A DNA stretch of 61,713 nucleotides, filler included, from Sphacelaria rigidula (Eukaryota): the NCBI GenBank assembly GCA_964200075.2. It is 6 parts of 6 records of this genome, joined end to end, with 100 filler letters (N's around TTAATTAATTAA, not from the genome) between each part and the next. Parts side by side here need not be neighbours in the genome. Positions count along the whole stretch, not along the records: positions 30,911 to 41,111 come from CAXNAA020006938.1; positions 41,212 to 51,412 come from CAXNAA020006939.1; 4 more parts are not named here. The stretch is one strand, 5' to 3'. The notes under the pieces were generated by a model. It was not told the origin of the DNA, did not search any database, and saw only the letters and a program-made list of their open reading frames with translations. Positions 35,330-48,815 of the stretch are shown here, one piece after another (position 1 is the first letter of the stretch; every line of letters begins with the position of its first letter). The translations under genes and the position numbers were made by a program.

Positions 35330-38156
35330 GTATTGCGGGATAACACAACATGGGAAGGACAAAAATGCGGACCAATTTTGATGGTTATTTTGACATTCGC
35401 CTGGTTTCGTTGTGGGGCCACTGTTCTAGGCGAAACGTTAGCTTGATTCACTTGTATATTTGCTCCTCCGAATTCAAACACCCAACAAGTAGGGCTCTAT
35501 CAACGTTGCGGTAAAGTAAGCAGCGATACTTGACCTGCGTTAGACTCTTTCTTAAGTAGGTCATGACATGTATATCACCTCTTGGACTTGGGAAGTACAT
35601 CCAGTTAGTTGTTAGCAGCCCATCTGTCAGTCGGGATGTGCTTTTTCACCTTTCGCGCACAGACCCGTGCCAGTCTTGCGCCTGGGCAACTGCTATACAT
35701 GGTGAATGATGACGCATACCTCGCGCTCGCGACCAGAGGCTGCATACCCCAATCCTTGATATCTTCGCACCAAGCTTTACCATAACATTAACTTGAGTGG
35801 CTGTGAAATGGTTGAAACAGCCCTCTGACGGCATTTCAACTTGGTGTGGGTTGGTGTGTTGCGAATAGGGCAAAAAATTGTTGCCATATTGGAATATATC
35901 AGTCCCCCCTCCACCCCTCGTTAGACCGGCATCCTGATGTCGCGATAGGTGCTGGTGCAGCCGCTTCTCAACATACTATTAATAACAGAGGAGAAGGCAC
36001 CAACAACCTACGGGACGAAGGACGTGTCAATGCAGAAGACTCGACGTCATTCGGTGGCTTTCAACTCATTCACCACTCGAAATTTGTTTTCAACCCTTGA
36101 AAAAAAATGCCTTAACTGTTCCTCAGCACCCGCGCCTTAGGCGTCACTCCGTTGGCTTCAGAAACAAGGAACGCTTGCGGCACGTCGCGCACCGAGGTAT
36201 TGAAGCCACATCCGTGTGTGCGCAGTCACAGGCCTTGCGTTACAGAGTCCCAGAGTTTACATTATTTAGTTCCAGCAAATATCTAAGAACCCATAACGAT
36301 GCTATTTGGGGTCGTGTCCTCATGGGTGCGCCACATGTTTCTGACTTGATCGCACTTTCAGAACGTCTTGTGCGCCCAGCAAGGAGTCGCGGCATGACCG
36401 GGGCACGACTCTTAGCCTACACAACTAGTTGTTCAAGACACCCTCAAACAGGGTCGGAGGGGTTGGGCTACATATAGTATTTCTTATAGTAGCCGAAGCG
36501 ACATGATTTCCTTGTGGCAAAAGCCCACCCCCACAAGATGCCCGACAATCTGTGAACATGTTCCCTTTCGCTCCAACTCCCAGGAGTTCTTTTGTTCAGA
36601 GTCAGGAAACAGCGTTTTATTCAGATGCTCCTGAATGACGCCCAAGTGTGTCGCTGGTGCCTCAGTGCTTGATATTTTGCTCGATTTCACCGGCTTCTTA
36701 GGGTTCCCGACCTTTCTATACCCCTCAATCTCGGAGCAATCTCACGTTTGCTCCATTTCTCAAACTTGTTCTTGGAAACAAAGGAGCCATATGTCGCGCA
36801 CGTTTTTCCTGATTGACGCTCGAGGATTTCCAGCGTTTTCCTTCCCTGACTCGGTTCCATCGGCGCTTGGAGTCTTCGGTCAGTGTATGTGGCCCCTCAC
36901 GCTCTCGGAATAGTTTCACAGTTGCTTTTTTTCCCAGGCCGGTTTCAGATTTCAAATAATTATCTTGCACACGTTTTCCTGAATAACGCCCAATATCACG
37001 AGTGCCGGGCATTGCTCCCTTGAGTCGTTTTCACTCGGTTTTGGGGGGTCCCCGGCTCTTGTACGTATGAGATTCTGAAAACAATTCAGCTTTCCCTCCA
37101 CTTTTCAAGCCGCTCGTGGAAACGAAGAGATATATATTTCATGTACATGTTCCTGACTTGAACTCAAGGTCATCAGTGTTCATGTTTTTTGTCCTTGACT
37201 CGGTGTCTCGGGGTCGGCCGCGGGGAATCCCCAAAAAAACGGGTGAATCCGAGCGCAGTTGACTGTACTGGAACACTGATGAGCTCGAGGTTGCGTTTGG
37301 GTAAGTGAGAATGAAATTATGAGATCCTCGCTGTCCAGCCCACAACCCTCTCGCGAGAGTTTAACATCCACTCCATTTTTTAGTAGACCGTTCACCAGTT
37401 GGCGGACGATTTTTTTCACGCGCGTTCCTGACGGCACGCGTGACGTCCGTGGCACGTACTTTGGATATTTGCCGGTTTGATCGGTTTTGAGGGTCTTCGT
37501 CCCCCATTTTCGGCTGGGGGCCTCAAGAAAACTGGAAAAAATTGGCGAAATTCAACAGTCTCAATCCCGAAAATTTTCGGGCGTTCTTACAGGAACATGC
37601 GTGTAGATTTTTTTTCTCCCGCGAACCAGCGTTTACCAAACCCTGAACAAAATCTGTTTGTTGCCCCTACGTTTTTTCGCGACGAGGGTAGATGCAAAAT
37701 ACGTTTCTGTCATGTTCCCAATCTACCGTGTCGCTGAACACACGAGCTTGGGCACAAACTACAGCTGGTGACTCATCGATGTGGAAGATGAGGGTGTGCG
37801 CACACAAGTGTGGCGTATGTCAGCTTTGATCGCGTTTCAAAAGGCCAAAGTAAAAGTAGCTCTCGGCAGTGTACAATCGGCGCTTTTGCCACAATTGCTT
37901 CGGCCATGTGTCTATCGCCCGTTAATGCACAGTGGCGAATCAAAATTGGATTCAATCCTCTTCAAGCCCAGCTGCAGTGTTTTGTGGAAGTAGATGTATA
38001 TAGATATATATGTGTGTGTCAGCAACGGCGTGGAAAACTGCTTTGTGCAGACTAAGGAGCGCTTCGATTTCAGGGAGGAGGGGTGAAAAATACACGAAAC
38101 CTATCAGGCGCAGAACTCAACCCACGTTCACGCAGACACGGCCCTCCCGCACGCAG

Positions 38157-38446
38157 GAGAATGACCACGATGATCACGACATGGATGGCGGAGGCGGCCA
38201 GGGGGCGAGGGGAGGCATCCCCTTCCACATGGCGCATGTCCCGTACCACCCGCCCGTAGATCTGGAGGAGCGAGATCCCGAGGGTGCTACGCCGCTGCAC
38301 GTGGCCATGTCCTACAAAAGGCTTGAAGCGGCGCGCATGCTGCTGGAGGCTGGGGCAGGCACGAGCAAGAGACTGGAGGGGTCCACGCCTGCGCACATCG
38401 CCCTCGCCGTATCGTCCGTGAGGAAGCACCGTGACTTTGCGGACGC
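38157..38446 (+). CDS. Ankyrin-repeat protein, internal exon
   Basis: RDPEGATPLHVAMSYKRLEAARMLLEAGA and EGSTPAHIAL. Acceptor cgcag|, donor GC|GTGAGT; phase 2 matches the next exon. Confidence 0.9.
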
Positions 38447-40258
38447 GTGAGTTTTTTTTTGCACGCAGTGTCGAACTAAAAGTCAATTCTCGTGAGTGCC
38501 CACAGGTGGACAACGGTTTGTGTGGCAGTCCTTCATCAGGTGAACATGGTGCCGATTTGACAGACGGATACCCTGGGAGTCTCCGAGTTTCACACCATTG
38601 ATGTGTGAGGAGGGAGGGAGGGAGAGCACCTTTTTCCATGTTCCCCGGGTTGCTCAAAACCCATGTTCCCTAGACAGCCTACATCTACGAACGTTTTTTT
38701 TCGAGCGCAATCCAGGACGGACTTGCTCGTAGCTGACGCCTTTATCTCATGTCTAGAAAGAGTCGTTTGTGTGTGTGGTACGTGTCGCGAATGAACTGAT
38801 CTGGTACAAATCCAGCCGTAGTCACGAGATGGACGCACCCCGGGAAAAAGAAAAAAAAACTGCAATAAACTCGGAGCGGAATAACCAAGTACAAGTAGAG
38901 GGCAAATACGGGAAAGTGGTCACCCAGCAAAAATGTGTGTTCTTGTAACAGGTTTTCTGTTGCGGGCATGTATCATGGATCAGAAGGCAAGGTATCTGTA
39001 CGGGTGCGCATCGTAAAAATGTTTCACCGCGCACATGGTCTAGGATACAGTGCGGTTTTTGGTGCCGGGAATCGTTGATATTGTCGGAACAGATCTCAGA
39101 GCATGCGACGCGAGTCTTTCGCAGCTCTTCAAAATGAACACCTTCCGTTGGTTACATTCCTTTTTGGTTGTCCGTCCCCCCCGCCCCCCCAACAGGGTGC
39201 GTGTAAGAGCGTGATGTAGGTATACCGTCGGCCAAAATTGGGGACGCGTGAATATTTTCAGTCGGTTGGTGAAGAATACTCTGAACGATCTGGTACTATG
39301 TAGTCTGGGCAGTGCTGCTCAATGCTCTGTGGTGGGCCCTTCGGTTGTGAGAGGCATTCTTGTAGTACTCCTGATATCTCGCTGGCTCGTTGGGTCTTTC
39401 TTTTCCCACTCCTTCCCTCCTCTCCGCTCCTCTCTCGCCCTATTTGTGTTGCCTTGTTTTGATTCGATCCTTCGGAGTCTTTCACGATTCGGACGAATCA
39501 AATCGTGATTCAACTCACGTCCATCATTCCAACGAATATATCATACGATTCGTAGATCATCTGTAATTTATACAGATTTTGAGCTCTTGAGTCGTGCAGT
39601 ACACCGTCAACGGTACCCGTTTCCTACCTTCCGACATGCGCGGTAAATCATGGGGCACATATTCATTCCCTGTAAGAAAATGCGGATTGAGTCGATTATA
39701 CATGCCGCTCCCACTTACCATGAGGCGTGAATGACACGTACATCTATGCCATGCGTATGTCTCCGTACGGGACGAAGAGTCGGCATATCGTTGAATCCTC
39801 TCATTTCATGGGCCTTGCGTCAGGCGTACTTTTCTCCCAATCTGTGTGAGGTTGAGATGACTGCACTGCACATATTTTCACCGTCGGGTGCACATGCGGG
39901 ACCAACAGTCGGCGTATGGTTGAATCCTGTCATTTCATGGAGAGTCAACTCGAATGGACTCTAATTCGTCCTAACCGTGGAGTCTTTCCCAAAATATATA
40001 TGTGGCGGTTCCAGTAGCTACTCGGAAATGTTTCGCATTTGCAGTGAGAACCGCAGCCCTGCTCCATAGAAACAAGAACTGCAGGAGCCCCACCCTCTTG
40101 ACACGCGTTTCCTGTCTGACAACAGCGTTTGGATGATGGGAACCACATCGCGATCAACCGTTTCCGAAGCGAGAGAGAACATATCGATAACCGTTGACCA
40201 TGGGAGGATGAACAACGATCGCGTGAACGACAAAACGCAAAACATATTCCAATACCAG

Positions 40259-40429
40259 GGCGCTGAAGCTGCTGTTGGAGCACAGTCTGGACATTGCGGC
40301 GAAGGACGATCGGGGTCAGACGTTGCTGCACGTCGCGGCTGGACTGGGCTTGGATGATTCGATACATACTATCCTTGCCGCCCCCGGGGGCAGGGAGCTG
40401 CTGGACTCGAAGGAGCGGCTGTTCTGTCG
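40259..40429 (+). CDS. Ankyrin-repeat protein, internal exon
   Basis: ALKLLLEHSLDIAAKDDRGQTLLHVAAGLG. Acceptor accag|, donor CG|GTGCGT. The gene continues beyond the piece. Confidence 0.9.
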
Positions 40430-40776
40430 GTGCGTGCTTCGTGTGTTTGTAGTGCGTACACTGGTTTGTGTCGGTGAACGTGGCACACGTGCAGCACGCT
40501 CTTCAAACAAAAATTGTGACAAATCACCGAGTTATTTGGTTATACGATAGATTTCGCATGACACATGTAAACCCGCACACAAAGCACCGTTGCTTCCGCG
40601 CGCGACGTACAATAAGTTATTGGCGCACAGCCCCTGCTTCTCCGTGTAGTGTATTATACAACGGGTAGTTCACATGTGAAGAAGTGCACTAAACCCCGCC
40701 TTGGGCATGGGTCTATAAGAGCCGATCACCCATTTTGAGGATGAAGCTTTTCAATGACAATGAAATCCCGGAGAGT

Positions 40777-41051
40777 TGAAATCTTTGCATCCACACCAAT
40801 TCGTCGAGATATGGATACACTCCGTCATCTGCTGGTCGCTACTGACAACTGCTACACGCTGTACAAAATTGAATTCCGATCACAGAAGTTTGGGGGTCTT
40901 GGGTGAAGAAGAGATTCTTGGGTAGTTTACAACCCCAAACTTCTGTGATCGGAATTCAATTTTGTACAGCGTGTAGCAGTTGTCAGTAGCGACCAGTAGA
41001 TGACGGAGTGGAACCATATCTCGACGAATTGGTGTGGATGCGAAGATTTCA
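40777..41051. repeat. Near-perfect 119-bp inverted repeat with a 37-nt loop
   Basis: 40777-40895 versus 40933-41051 has 4 mismatches by eye. It is related to the more diverged foldback at 56583-56999. Confidence 0.92.
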
Positions 41052-41111
41052 CGGTTAGGACAAATCATCACGACTCAAAATCACAAAATTCACGATTTCT
41101 TCTGCCTGATT

Positions 41112-41211
41112 NNNNNNNNNNNNNNNNNNNNNNNNNNNNNNNNNNNNNNNNNNNNTTAATTAATTAANNNNNNNNNNNNNNNNNNNNNNNNNNNNNNNNN
41201 NNNNNNNNNNN
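41112..41211. other. Artificial contig linker
   Basis: N44-TTAATTAATTAA-N44. Confidence 0.97.

Positions 41212-41244
<33 letters not shown>
41212..41244. repeat. (TAA)n microsatellite
   Basis: About 11 perfect units at the contig start. Confidence 0.95.
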
Positions 41245-41247
<3 letters not shown>

Positions 41248-42444
41248 AAAAATAATTGAAAACAACAGAGTACTTGTGTGGAGAATACAGAATGGAACCT
41301 TGTGCTGATCAGACCCGCAGCTAAACAGGAACACGAAACACGACCATGGAAGTTTAGGGTATGGAAGCCTGAAACCAGTCGGCCTGTCTGGTGACGAGTC
41401 ACGCCACATGAAGCACCTGAGGGCAGCTGCCTGCAGGAGCGCATAAAAATTTATCGCAAATTTATGCGCGTTTCATGCATATTATAACCCTTCGACGGCG
41501 ATCCTCCCGCTGGTGGACTGAGGTAGACACTCCACTTTTGGGGTTCAGAATCATTCCTTTTTCCCAGCTCAAAACGTCTACTCGTCCTCCACGGCCGAAG
41601 GGACCGGGAGTGCATCAGGGGCACATAGTTGTGAGAGTCATAACACAGACAGAGGTGTGGTTGCCCACCACCCGATTATTACGCCTCGTATTTTTGCTGA
41701 GCAGTCTGTAGTACTGTATCGTGCCGCGGCTGCACGTGCGGTCTACAGCGTACTGGATCTTACAGTGTAGAACGTGCCGAGTGTACGCAGCGTGAGTTTG
41801 GATATCGCACCATGACTACTGCCGCGAACGCCTTTGACAACCGTAGAGCAATTGCTCGGCGATGGCGGTCGCCTCCCCGTCGAATAACTTGCTTTTTTTG
41901 TTTACATTTACGTGCGTAGGATACTCGTGGCCGCCGCTCGCGTGTTGCGCCATGACGTCTTATACCAGATAAATGGAGGTGTGGAGCTACTAGGACGCTC
42001 AGGCAGTACTGAACAGACGGACACAGTGTACGGAAGATGCTCAAACACCTGCTTCTTAGTTATATAAACTATGGTTGATTTGGCATGATCAAAATGATAT
42101 TTGAGGGTAGAGGGCGAATGTGTCTACCAGCTGTCTACCTTTACCAGAACGAAAGTGTTCATTTTGACGACCGTGATTGGTCAGAATGATAATTCCGCGC
42201 ATTTCGGGTCTCGTGCACGGCTCATAATTTTCCGCGGGAAACTTCCAAACACACATGGTTGACTCCGTGAGCTTCTCCGATGCTCCGCGGAGAGACACCC
42301 TCCCTCCGAGCCCTGGAAACCCCCGGATGTCTCGGAACTGTCAGTCTGTACAACTGGTTCGAAGCAACGCTCGTCGTTCAAGGGTTGAGCTAATCATGAG
42401 CTTTGCGATTATACGGCCTATTCAAGCTCAAAACCCCAACTTAA

Positions 42445-42542
42445 CCCTTAGACCGCGAGGTTAGTCTTCTGTTGAATCGGCATCAATTTTAAGTGAAAAA
42501 AAGTATGCATGATCTAGAAAGACTAATCTCGCGGTCTAAGGG
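42445..42542. mobile_element. piggyBac-type MITE copy
   Basis: TTAA|CCCTTAGACCGCGAGGTTAGTC...GACTAATCTCGCGGTCTAAGGG|TTAT. Confidence 0.82.
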
Positions 42543-42599
42543 TTATCTAACGGTTAAGCTAAACTTTACGCGCGCACACGGAACCAAAGCCTACAGGCA

Positions 42600-45000
42600 G
42601 CGAAGTAGTTCAACTGTCAGCGAACAAAGTGATCGTTCTGACAGTCGTGATTGATCAGAACGGTCACTCCGCCCCTCTCGGTCCTCCTCCTTCTTACGTT
42701 GTAATCTAGTAGTTTTCTGAGATATTTTCATGACACATGATTGGCTTCTCGAGCTTTTCGTCTTTCCTTCCGTAGACAATCCTCCCCTTCCCCCTCTCGG
42801 AGGCCTCGGATGTCCCTGGACTGTTAGCCTGTGAAACTGTTCAGAGTCACGACCTACGATGTACCCGATGCCCAATTGAATGCCGCGGCGGGTCAATTTT
42901 TCTTGGAAAATAAAACGAAGACCCAGACGGCCCTCGGTGGCCGTCAAAAGTATGAACATGCCATGTCCTCATCGGCAAAACGTACAGATAGCACCGCAGA
43001 AGAAGTGTGAACTACGTAAAACAGACGAGAGAAAAAACTCCTGTGTTGGCCTTTCTTTTGTGCGATCCCCGCTGGTTCGCTCACATCTCCCGGAAGATGT
43101 ACACCGGCGTCCACGAAAGAGGGGACCACAACTCTGCACTTGGTGAACGAGAAACAAACCACACCTTTCGATCGAAACACGCACGAAGTGCCATCTTCAG
43201 TGTGTGATGGCCCATTATTTTCTTCAGATGAATCCAGGTGGCTTTGTACACTACTAGAATTTTTGTACGAGTGCCAAGTACCAGCGAAGATCATAGATGA
43301 GATCAGCTCTGATGACGATACTTAGTATGTCCACCAGCAGGTGGTACTGCGATGAATTCTCCCTCGGGAACGATCCATAGACCTTTCCAGGATCTTCTAA
43401 TTTCGAACGGTTTGGGATCTGCGAAAATTCTAGCTTGCTGGGCTGCTCGCACAGGTCGATACATCTCCCCACTATTTGTGTCTCGACAGCACAAGTGTGC
43501 AGGACAGGACAGTGCGGGAACATGATCCGGGTCAGGATGCAGAGGCTAGGCAAGCATTATGCATCAGATTGTTGTTCATGGCTCCGCAGTGAACCCGACA
43601 CTGACCTCGTCTTGCTGTTCGTTGGTAAGTCGTCGAATACGGGTTGAAATTCGTCAAAATCCTTCCGACTGTAATCACGCAGGAACGAAAGCAGTCATCC
43701 AAACCTCCAACATCGAGGCACGAAGCAAAGAAGCTCCTGACCAAACACAGTAATAGCTGCACAATATCGTGTGATGAGATGAATAATACCACCATCTCTC
43801 CAAAAATGATGAAATTATTCTTCATGCTACGAAACGGTCACGAAGACATCCCAAGTACACATCAACTACTTGCGGGCCGAACCCCCTCGGGCAGACCCCT
43901 CGATGAACCAGTACAGTAGTGGTGCCTTATTGAGAACAGTATTATGCGTGAAGAGGGTCAGACTGTAACTCTGTCATAAGTCACAAGTTACTAAGTAATA
44001 AAACACCATGTCCGCGGCAATACGCCGGGGAACATGGCATACGCGGAGTGTTGTCATCGGCCGTGTAAGCCACTGTCTTATCGAGACAGAAAATATAAGC
44101 GTGAAAGGGAACAACCGTTCAAAAAAGAAGCACGATCATTAGTCGCCGCAACCAAAGACCCACCCGACAATCAATCAGCATGCTGCTTTGGACGCTTGTT
44201 CTTCTTGTTTTGGTAGGACACGGCCTAGAGGGGCTACTCAGCTGTAGTGTCGGGGTTACGTGCATATCTAAACCAGCAGTTTTGATGTTCCGAATTGTCT
44301 CAATCTAGTCTGTGCCACCACGACCGGAGACCCTGCCTCAACCCCGTGACTGCGAGGGTGGGTCACCTGGTGAAACGGCATCACTGTGCACTTGAAAAAG
44401 GTGCGCATGATCCAGATGACTACCCGCACCGCGGTTCAAGGGATGAACAATAAATCTGATCGCGTCGTGGGCGCCACAGCACCACGCACCAACTCGCTGG
44501 CGAACGTTTTCGAAAGCATTTACGGCAGCATCCCCTTCGCACCCTTGCGTTCTTGTGGGCAACAGTGCGTAGTCTTCGAGTCGCTTCTGCGGGCGATTGA
44601 CCCTGCGGCGTGTACACTATTATACTGTTATACAGAAGGAGGACAAGGATGCGGCAGAGATGGCAGTCCCGAATACCACCAGTGTAACCTCTCGACCCCA
44701 TCATGGACGGCGGACGGACTTCGTGGGAAGACTCCATATTCTCACCGTCAACAACAGCGAGCGACACTAGAAACATAACAGACACCCTGTACCAAAACCC
44801 ACGCCGATTGTTAGAAGTGTTTTCCAATGTAATAGAATCGGACGATTGAACTTGTGAGAAGATGCTGCTGGAACGGCGGCCGTCATCACCCCGCTATTAA
44901 TACGATCGTCTTCGGACAGAACATCTCATGTGAACGGTGCGACGATGGTGCTGCTCCACCATGATAATCCGACCTCACCTATACTGGGAGGTTTTGATCA
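42600..45000 (-). mobile_element. Highly decayed Ty1/copia retrotransposon relic
   Basis: In minus-strand order: HHRRTVHM (GAG-pre-integrase WHxRLGH-like, ~44950), YTPQGQSPAE (integrase YTPQQNGxAE-like), QYHLLVDILSIVIRADLIY (RT YxxLVGxL..TRPDI-like), TRRGIQLGIGYIVGRD (RNase H RxKHIxIRY..RD-like). INT before RT implies copia. Confidence 0.55.
42990..43132 (+). mobile_element. 3' fragment of the SINE family, nested in the copia relic
   Basis: agcaccgcagaag...aactcctgtgttggcctttc...ccggcgtcc...gggaccacaac aligns with 27824-27962. Confidence 0.72.
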
Positions 45001-45678
45001 ACCCTCGTTCTACTGTGAAATAAACAATCAATCAATCACCGACGGTTGGCGTCGCTGGAAAAATACAGAATAGACGAAGTTGCACGAAGTGTTGTGTAGT
45101 GTAGCAGCGAGGCTTGTTCCCGGCATCTACCCCAGATATCCCCACAATTATTTCCAGATCGGGGCTGCGTCGAGCAACCTGGATCACGTGAGTGGGTACA
45201 CAAGATATGCTCCTTGTCGGCAAAGGTATTTTTCATTTATGACACTGTTGTACTGTACTGTGTGCGGTGGTCCAAGACACAGGATCCAATATTGATTTTG
45301 CACCATTTCCAACCTACTGTACTCGTGGAGGTTTATTTATTTGGAGTTGGGGCTACTACGACAGCGTATTTCGAGTTGTGAAATAACACCGTTACCTTCA
45401 CAACGTCCATCAGACGACACGCCTACTTCCAAGCTCAATGTGTGCTTGTTGATAGCTCTCACCGGTGCTTGATCTCGGGGTTTTGGTGCAGAAACGATTT
45501 GGGTTCTCACGCGTAAGAGCTGCAGCGATTCCTAGAGCTAACTCTATTCCCCTCCCCCCCCCCAAAAGTTAGTTGTGAACGCGGACGATTCTAACAAGGA
45601 AAACAAGAATGCATGTTCTCTCCAGTTCATTTTACTTATACGATGGTCCACATCCTCAACTTGTACGAGAAGACGAAG

Positions 45679-46195
45679 CGTCGTTAAAATGAATATTTAT
45701 GACCGGGAGTGTTGTCTGCAGCGCGTTCGAGAAAGAGGTGTCAATGATGGGTGTATGCGCTTTTCTTCTTCCCCATCTCCATTTCTAGGAATCATTCGCT
45801 ACGTGCTGTATAGGAATACGGACGATATACATATTCCGTTTACTCCCAAGCATCATACACCATTTGCCGGCCCCCATTTGCACGCGTTCGCGTTTATTTC
45901 GTCCCGAAGGTTGGAAGAATGTCCATCATATCGTTCGTTGCTCATGGGCGGCAAGCCGACCTCCCGTGTTCCATGACCGAGTTTAATCCGCCACGCACGT
46001 TTCACGTGTCGACTGTACAAGTTGAGGATGTGGACCATCGTATAAGTAAAATGAACTGGAGAGAACATGCAGTAGCGAATGATTCCTGGAAATGGAGGTA
46101 GGAAAGAAGAAAAGCGCACACACCCATCATGGACACCTCTTTCTTCAACGCGCTACAGACAACACTCCCGGTCCTAAATATTTATTTTAACGACG
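45679..46195. repeat. Foldback element with ~124-bp diverged arms
   Basis: 45679-45802 is an imperfect reverse complement of 46072-46195. Confidence 0.85.
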
Positions 46196-47447
46196 ATGGC
46201 TGCATTTCACACGAACCCTGGACGTCTGCACTTCTGCACGTCAATCTCGGACATGGAAAACACGTCAAAATCGTGTAGACACGAATCCCAACTTTCGGTA
46301 GTGCGACCGTACGACATCAATCACAGGTTGAGTGCATTGATGTTCACATCTCATCTGTATGACGGCAATAATATATAGTGAACCAGAGTACACGAGTCCC
46401 AGCCCGGTCACGTGTCCAGTAATACACGACACGGGACGCGTTGAGTACATTTAGTTACACGCTCGTTTCCGAAGAAAATTGGGCGCCAACACTCAAACGT
46501 CATCGGGCAACAGTATGTAAGCACACAGTACAGTCAGTGGCGTGTTCTATTATCCACAACAAACATGTCGTAAATTATGCCGTTATTGTTGTGAAGATAT
46601 CTCCATGGTATGCACCCAGTGTATCCGTTCTCATCATCCAAGTCGACAGATTTGTTGAAACATTTCCGAAACAGGCGTACTTCACAAGCTGGTCACGATT
46701 ACTCAGGCTGGCTCTATCTTCAGTGGGGTACAGGATCATGTCCAGTCTCCAGCAAAGCGCATCCACGAACGGACAGAAGCGGTGCTGTGTGTTGTGTACT
46801 CTGCATTATACTGCTACATCATTTTACATCATCCCCTCATGCATAATATTCACTCGGTTGTCGGGATTACAGCAGTTATCAGCGGACAACCGGTTATGGC
46901 CTCCTTGCAACATGAGGGGCGAGCGACAACTTTGTACAAGTGGCCTTCCTGTCGGAACGAAAAAGCCTATTGTAACAACCGATACGAGTATTTTGGCGAC
47001 ACCGACATCACGGTCTCCGTACATTCACGACAACAATGAAGAAGAGGACACACATTTTTTTGCCTTCGCTGCGCGCGAGAGATTATACGGTGCAGACACA
47101 ACATGAACTACAGCACCAAAAGCCGCTGCGTACAGCCCCCTAGTTGGCTTTAGCTCAAAACACAGCGCGAAAAACGGCCAGGCACGTCTTCCCGAAGCGG
47201 ACGGCCATCACAACTGAACGGTGGGGTTGGTAATCGATACCAACGTTGTTTCAACGCAGGGAGTAAAGTTCAGAGTGTGTTGCGTGTCCTTCGAAACGAA
47301 GAAAGGAACACAAGCTGCGACTGGCTGGCTGGCTGGGCTAACTGAACAGTTGGACGATACTGTAGTTCGACAGGAACAGTGACAGAAGAGACAGACAGTC
47401 CTCTTGACCGTGGCGATGCTTGTACATGTGAAACAGACAGTCGAGCG

Positions 47448-48672
47448 TCACCCACGAAGTATACGTTGTACTCGTACAGCCTGACGGTGTACAAATACAG
47501 ATTCGGCGCACGCACAACCGCACCAGTCATGTATCAACATCTGCATGTAGGCATTTACGCTGCAATGCACGAAGTTGCGAAAAATCAGGAGGTATACTTG
47601 CAGCCCAATATCATAGAGCGACACCCACTCCATCAAGTACTCACGATGGGATACATGACGCACCACGTACAACCTTCCCTTGCGCCTTTGTGTGGCTTCG
47701 GCACACGTCCATCATTACGATAGGTCCTAAAAAAGTAAGTGTTTTCCGAAGAGCGCAGCTTAACGTACGCTTTGAAGACAAAGAAACTGTACCATGAACA
47801 ACGTCAAGCTCTGTGCACAGGGGATCGAAACAAGCCCGCGTCCTGACAGGAAAAAAAAACTGGGATAGAGTGTTTCCATGTTCAGCGAGAAATGATGTAT
47901 CTCGCCCACAGACTGAACACCCTAGAAGTAGGACGATTGCGGAGGAAGAAAATAATCTTCGGAGATCATTTCTCGTAGATAGAATGGACAACTGTAGCCG
48001 GAACTTATAAGACCAGACTACCCTCGACTAAAACGCAATTTACAATTGCGGGGTAGTATTTCGATCTTTCGTTTGTAAAACTACTCACCAGGGGGACTGC
48101 AGCAGCATCATACAATAGTTTCGGCCATTTTTGGTCCTGGCATGATGGTCTACTGTGCAAACCTTGGTGCGAACATACATCTACTATACTGTCAGTAAAC
48201 GACCTCTCAGTCTGTAATATATAGACCGTGTCTTACAAACGGCCATCCCAAAGCAGTGATTAGAGGATGCAAGCAGACTCGGAGGGGTAAAAAAAAGACA
48301 ACCACCGCATATATTGTGTGGTGAAACTACCCCGACTTTGTGCAACTCGTATTACAGCATTCCAAATTCGCATGTATGCCTGTGGAAAAGTGGAGCAAAA
48401 AGAAAAGCCGACCAGCGGCAACATTTGCTCTCACGGCAAAACGGTCCCTGGTCCTTGGTCGAATTTATGCGGGCAGCAACACTTTCGTCACACTTGGCAC
48501 GTCTGTTTCACAGCACGAAGAAAACACTTGAAAGTCTCTCGTGCCGTGTGATGCAAGAGGGCAAACGCGATTGCACCTGCAACTCAAAAATATTCAACAA
48601 GCATGATTCGCATGAGAAGGCAACATCAGGTGTACTACAAAATGGACCCCGACGCACTTCATAAGAGTAAAC
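47448..48672 (-). CDS. Candidate downstream exons of an orphan Cys-rich gene (48672-48577, 48379-48331, 47921-47793, 47726-47645, 47559-47448)
   Basis: Each piece has an AG acceptor and the internal pieces have GT donors; all phases chain without stops from the exon at 48816-49355. No homology was recognised. Confidence 0.35.
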
Positions 48673-48815
48673 CTGAATACCACAATTGTTTTGTCGAGGA
48701 AAAATGAAGGAAATATTTCAAAATCTCCATCTTCCGCGCGGTATCCCGTCCATGCCACCAGCTAACCCCACCGAGAAAAGTGAAATTATCCGTGCGCTCA
48801 ATTTGTAGTTCCCAC

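Noticed and set aside
36484..37455. Degraded transposase on the minus strand
   Set aside because: It consists of short basic fragments with no DDE motif or TIRs that I can identify.
46441..47106. 221-aa ORF
   Set aside because: Non-ATG start, no domain and no convincing splice pattern.
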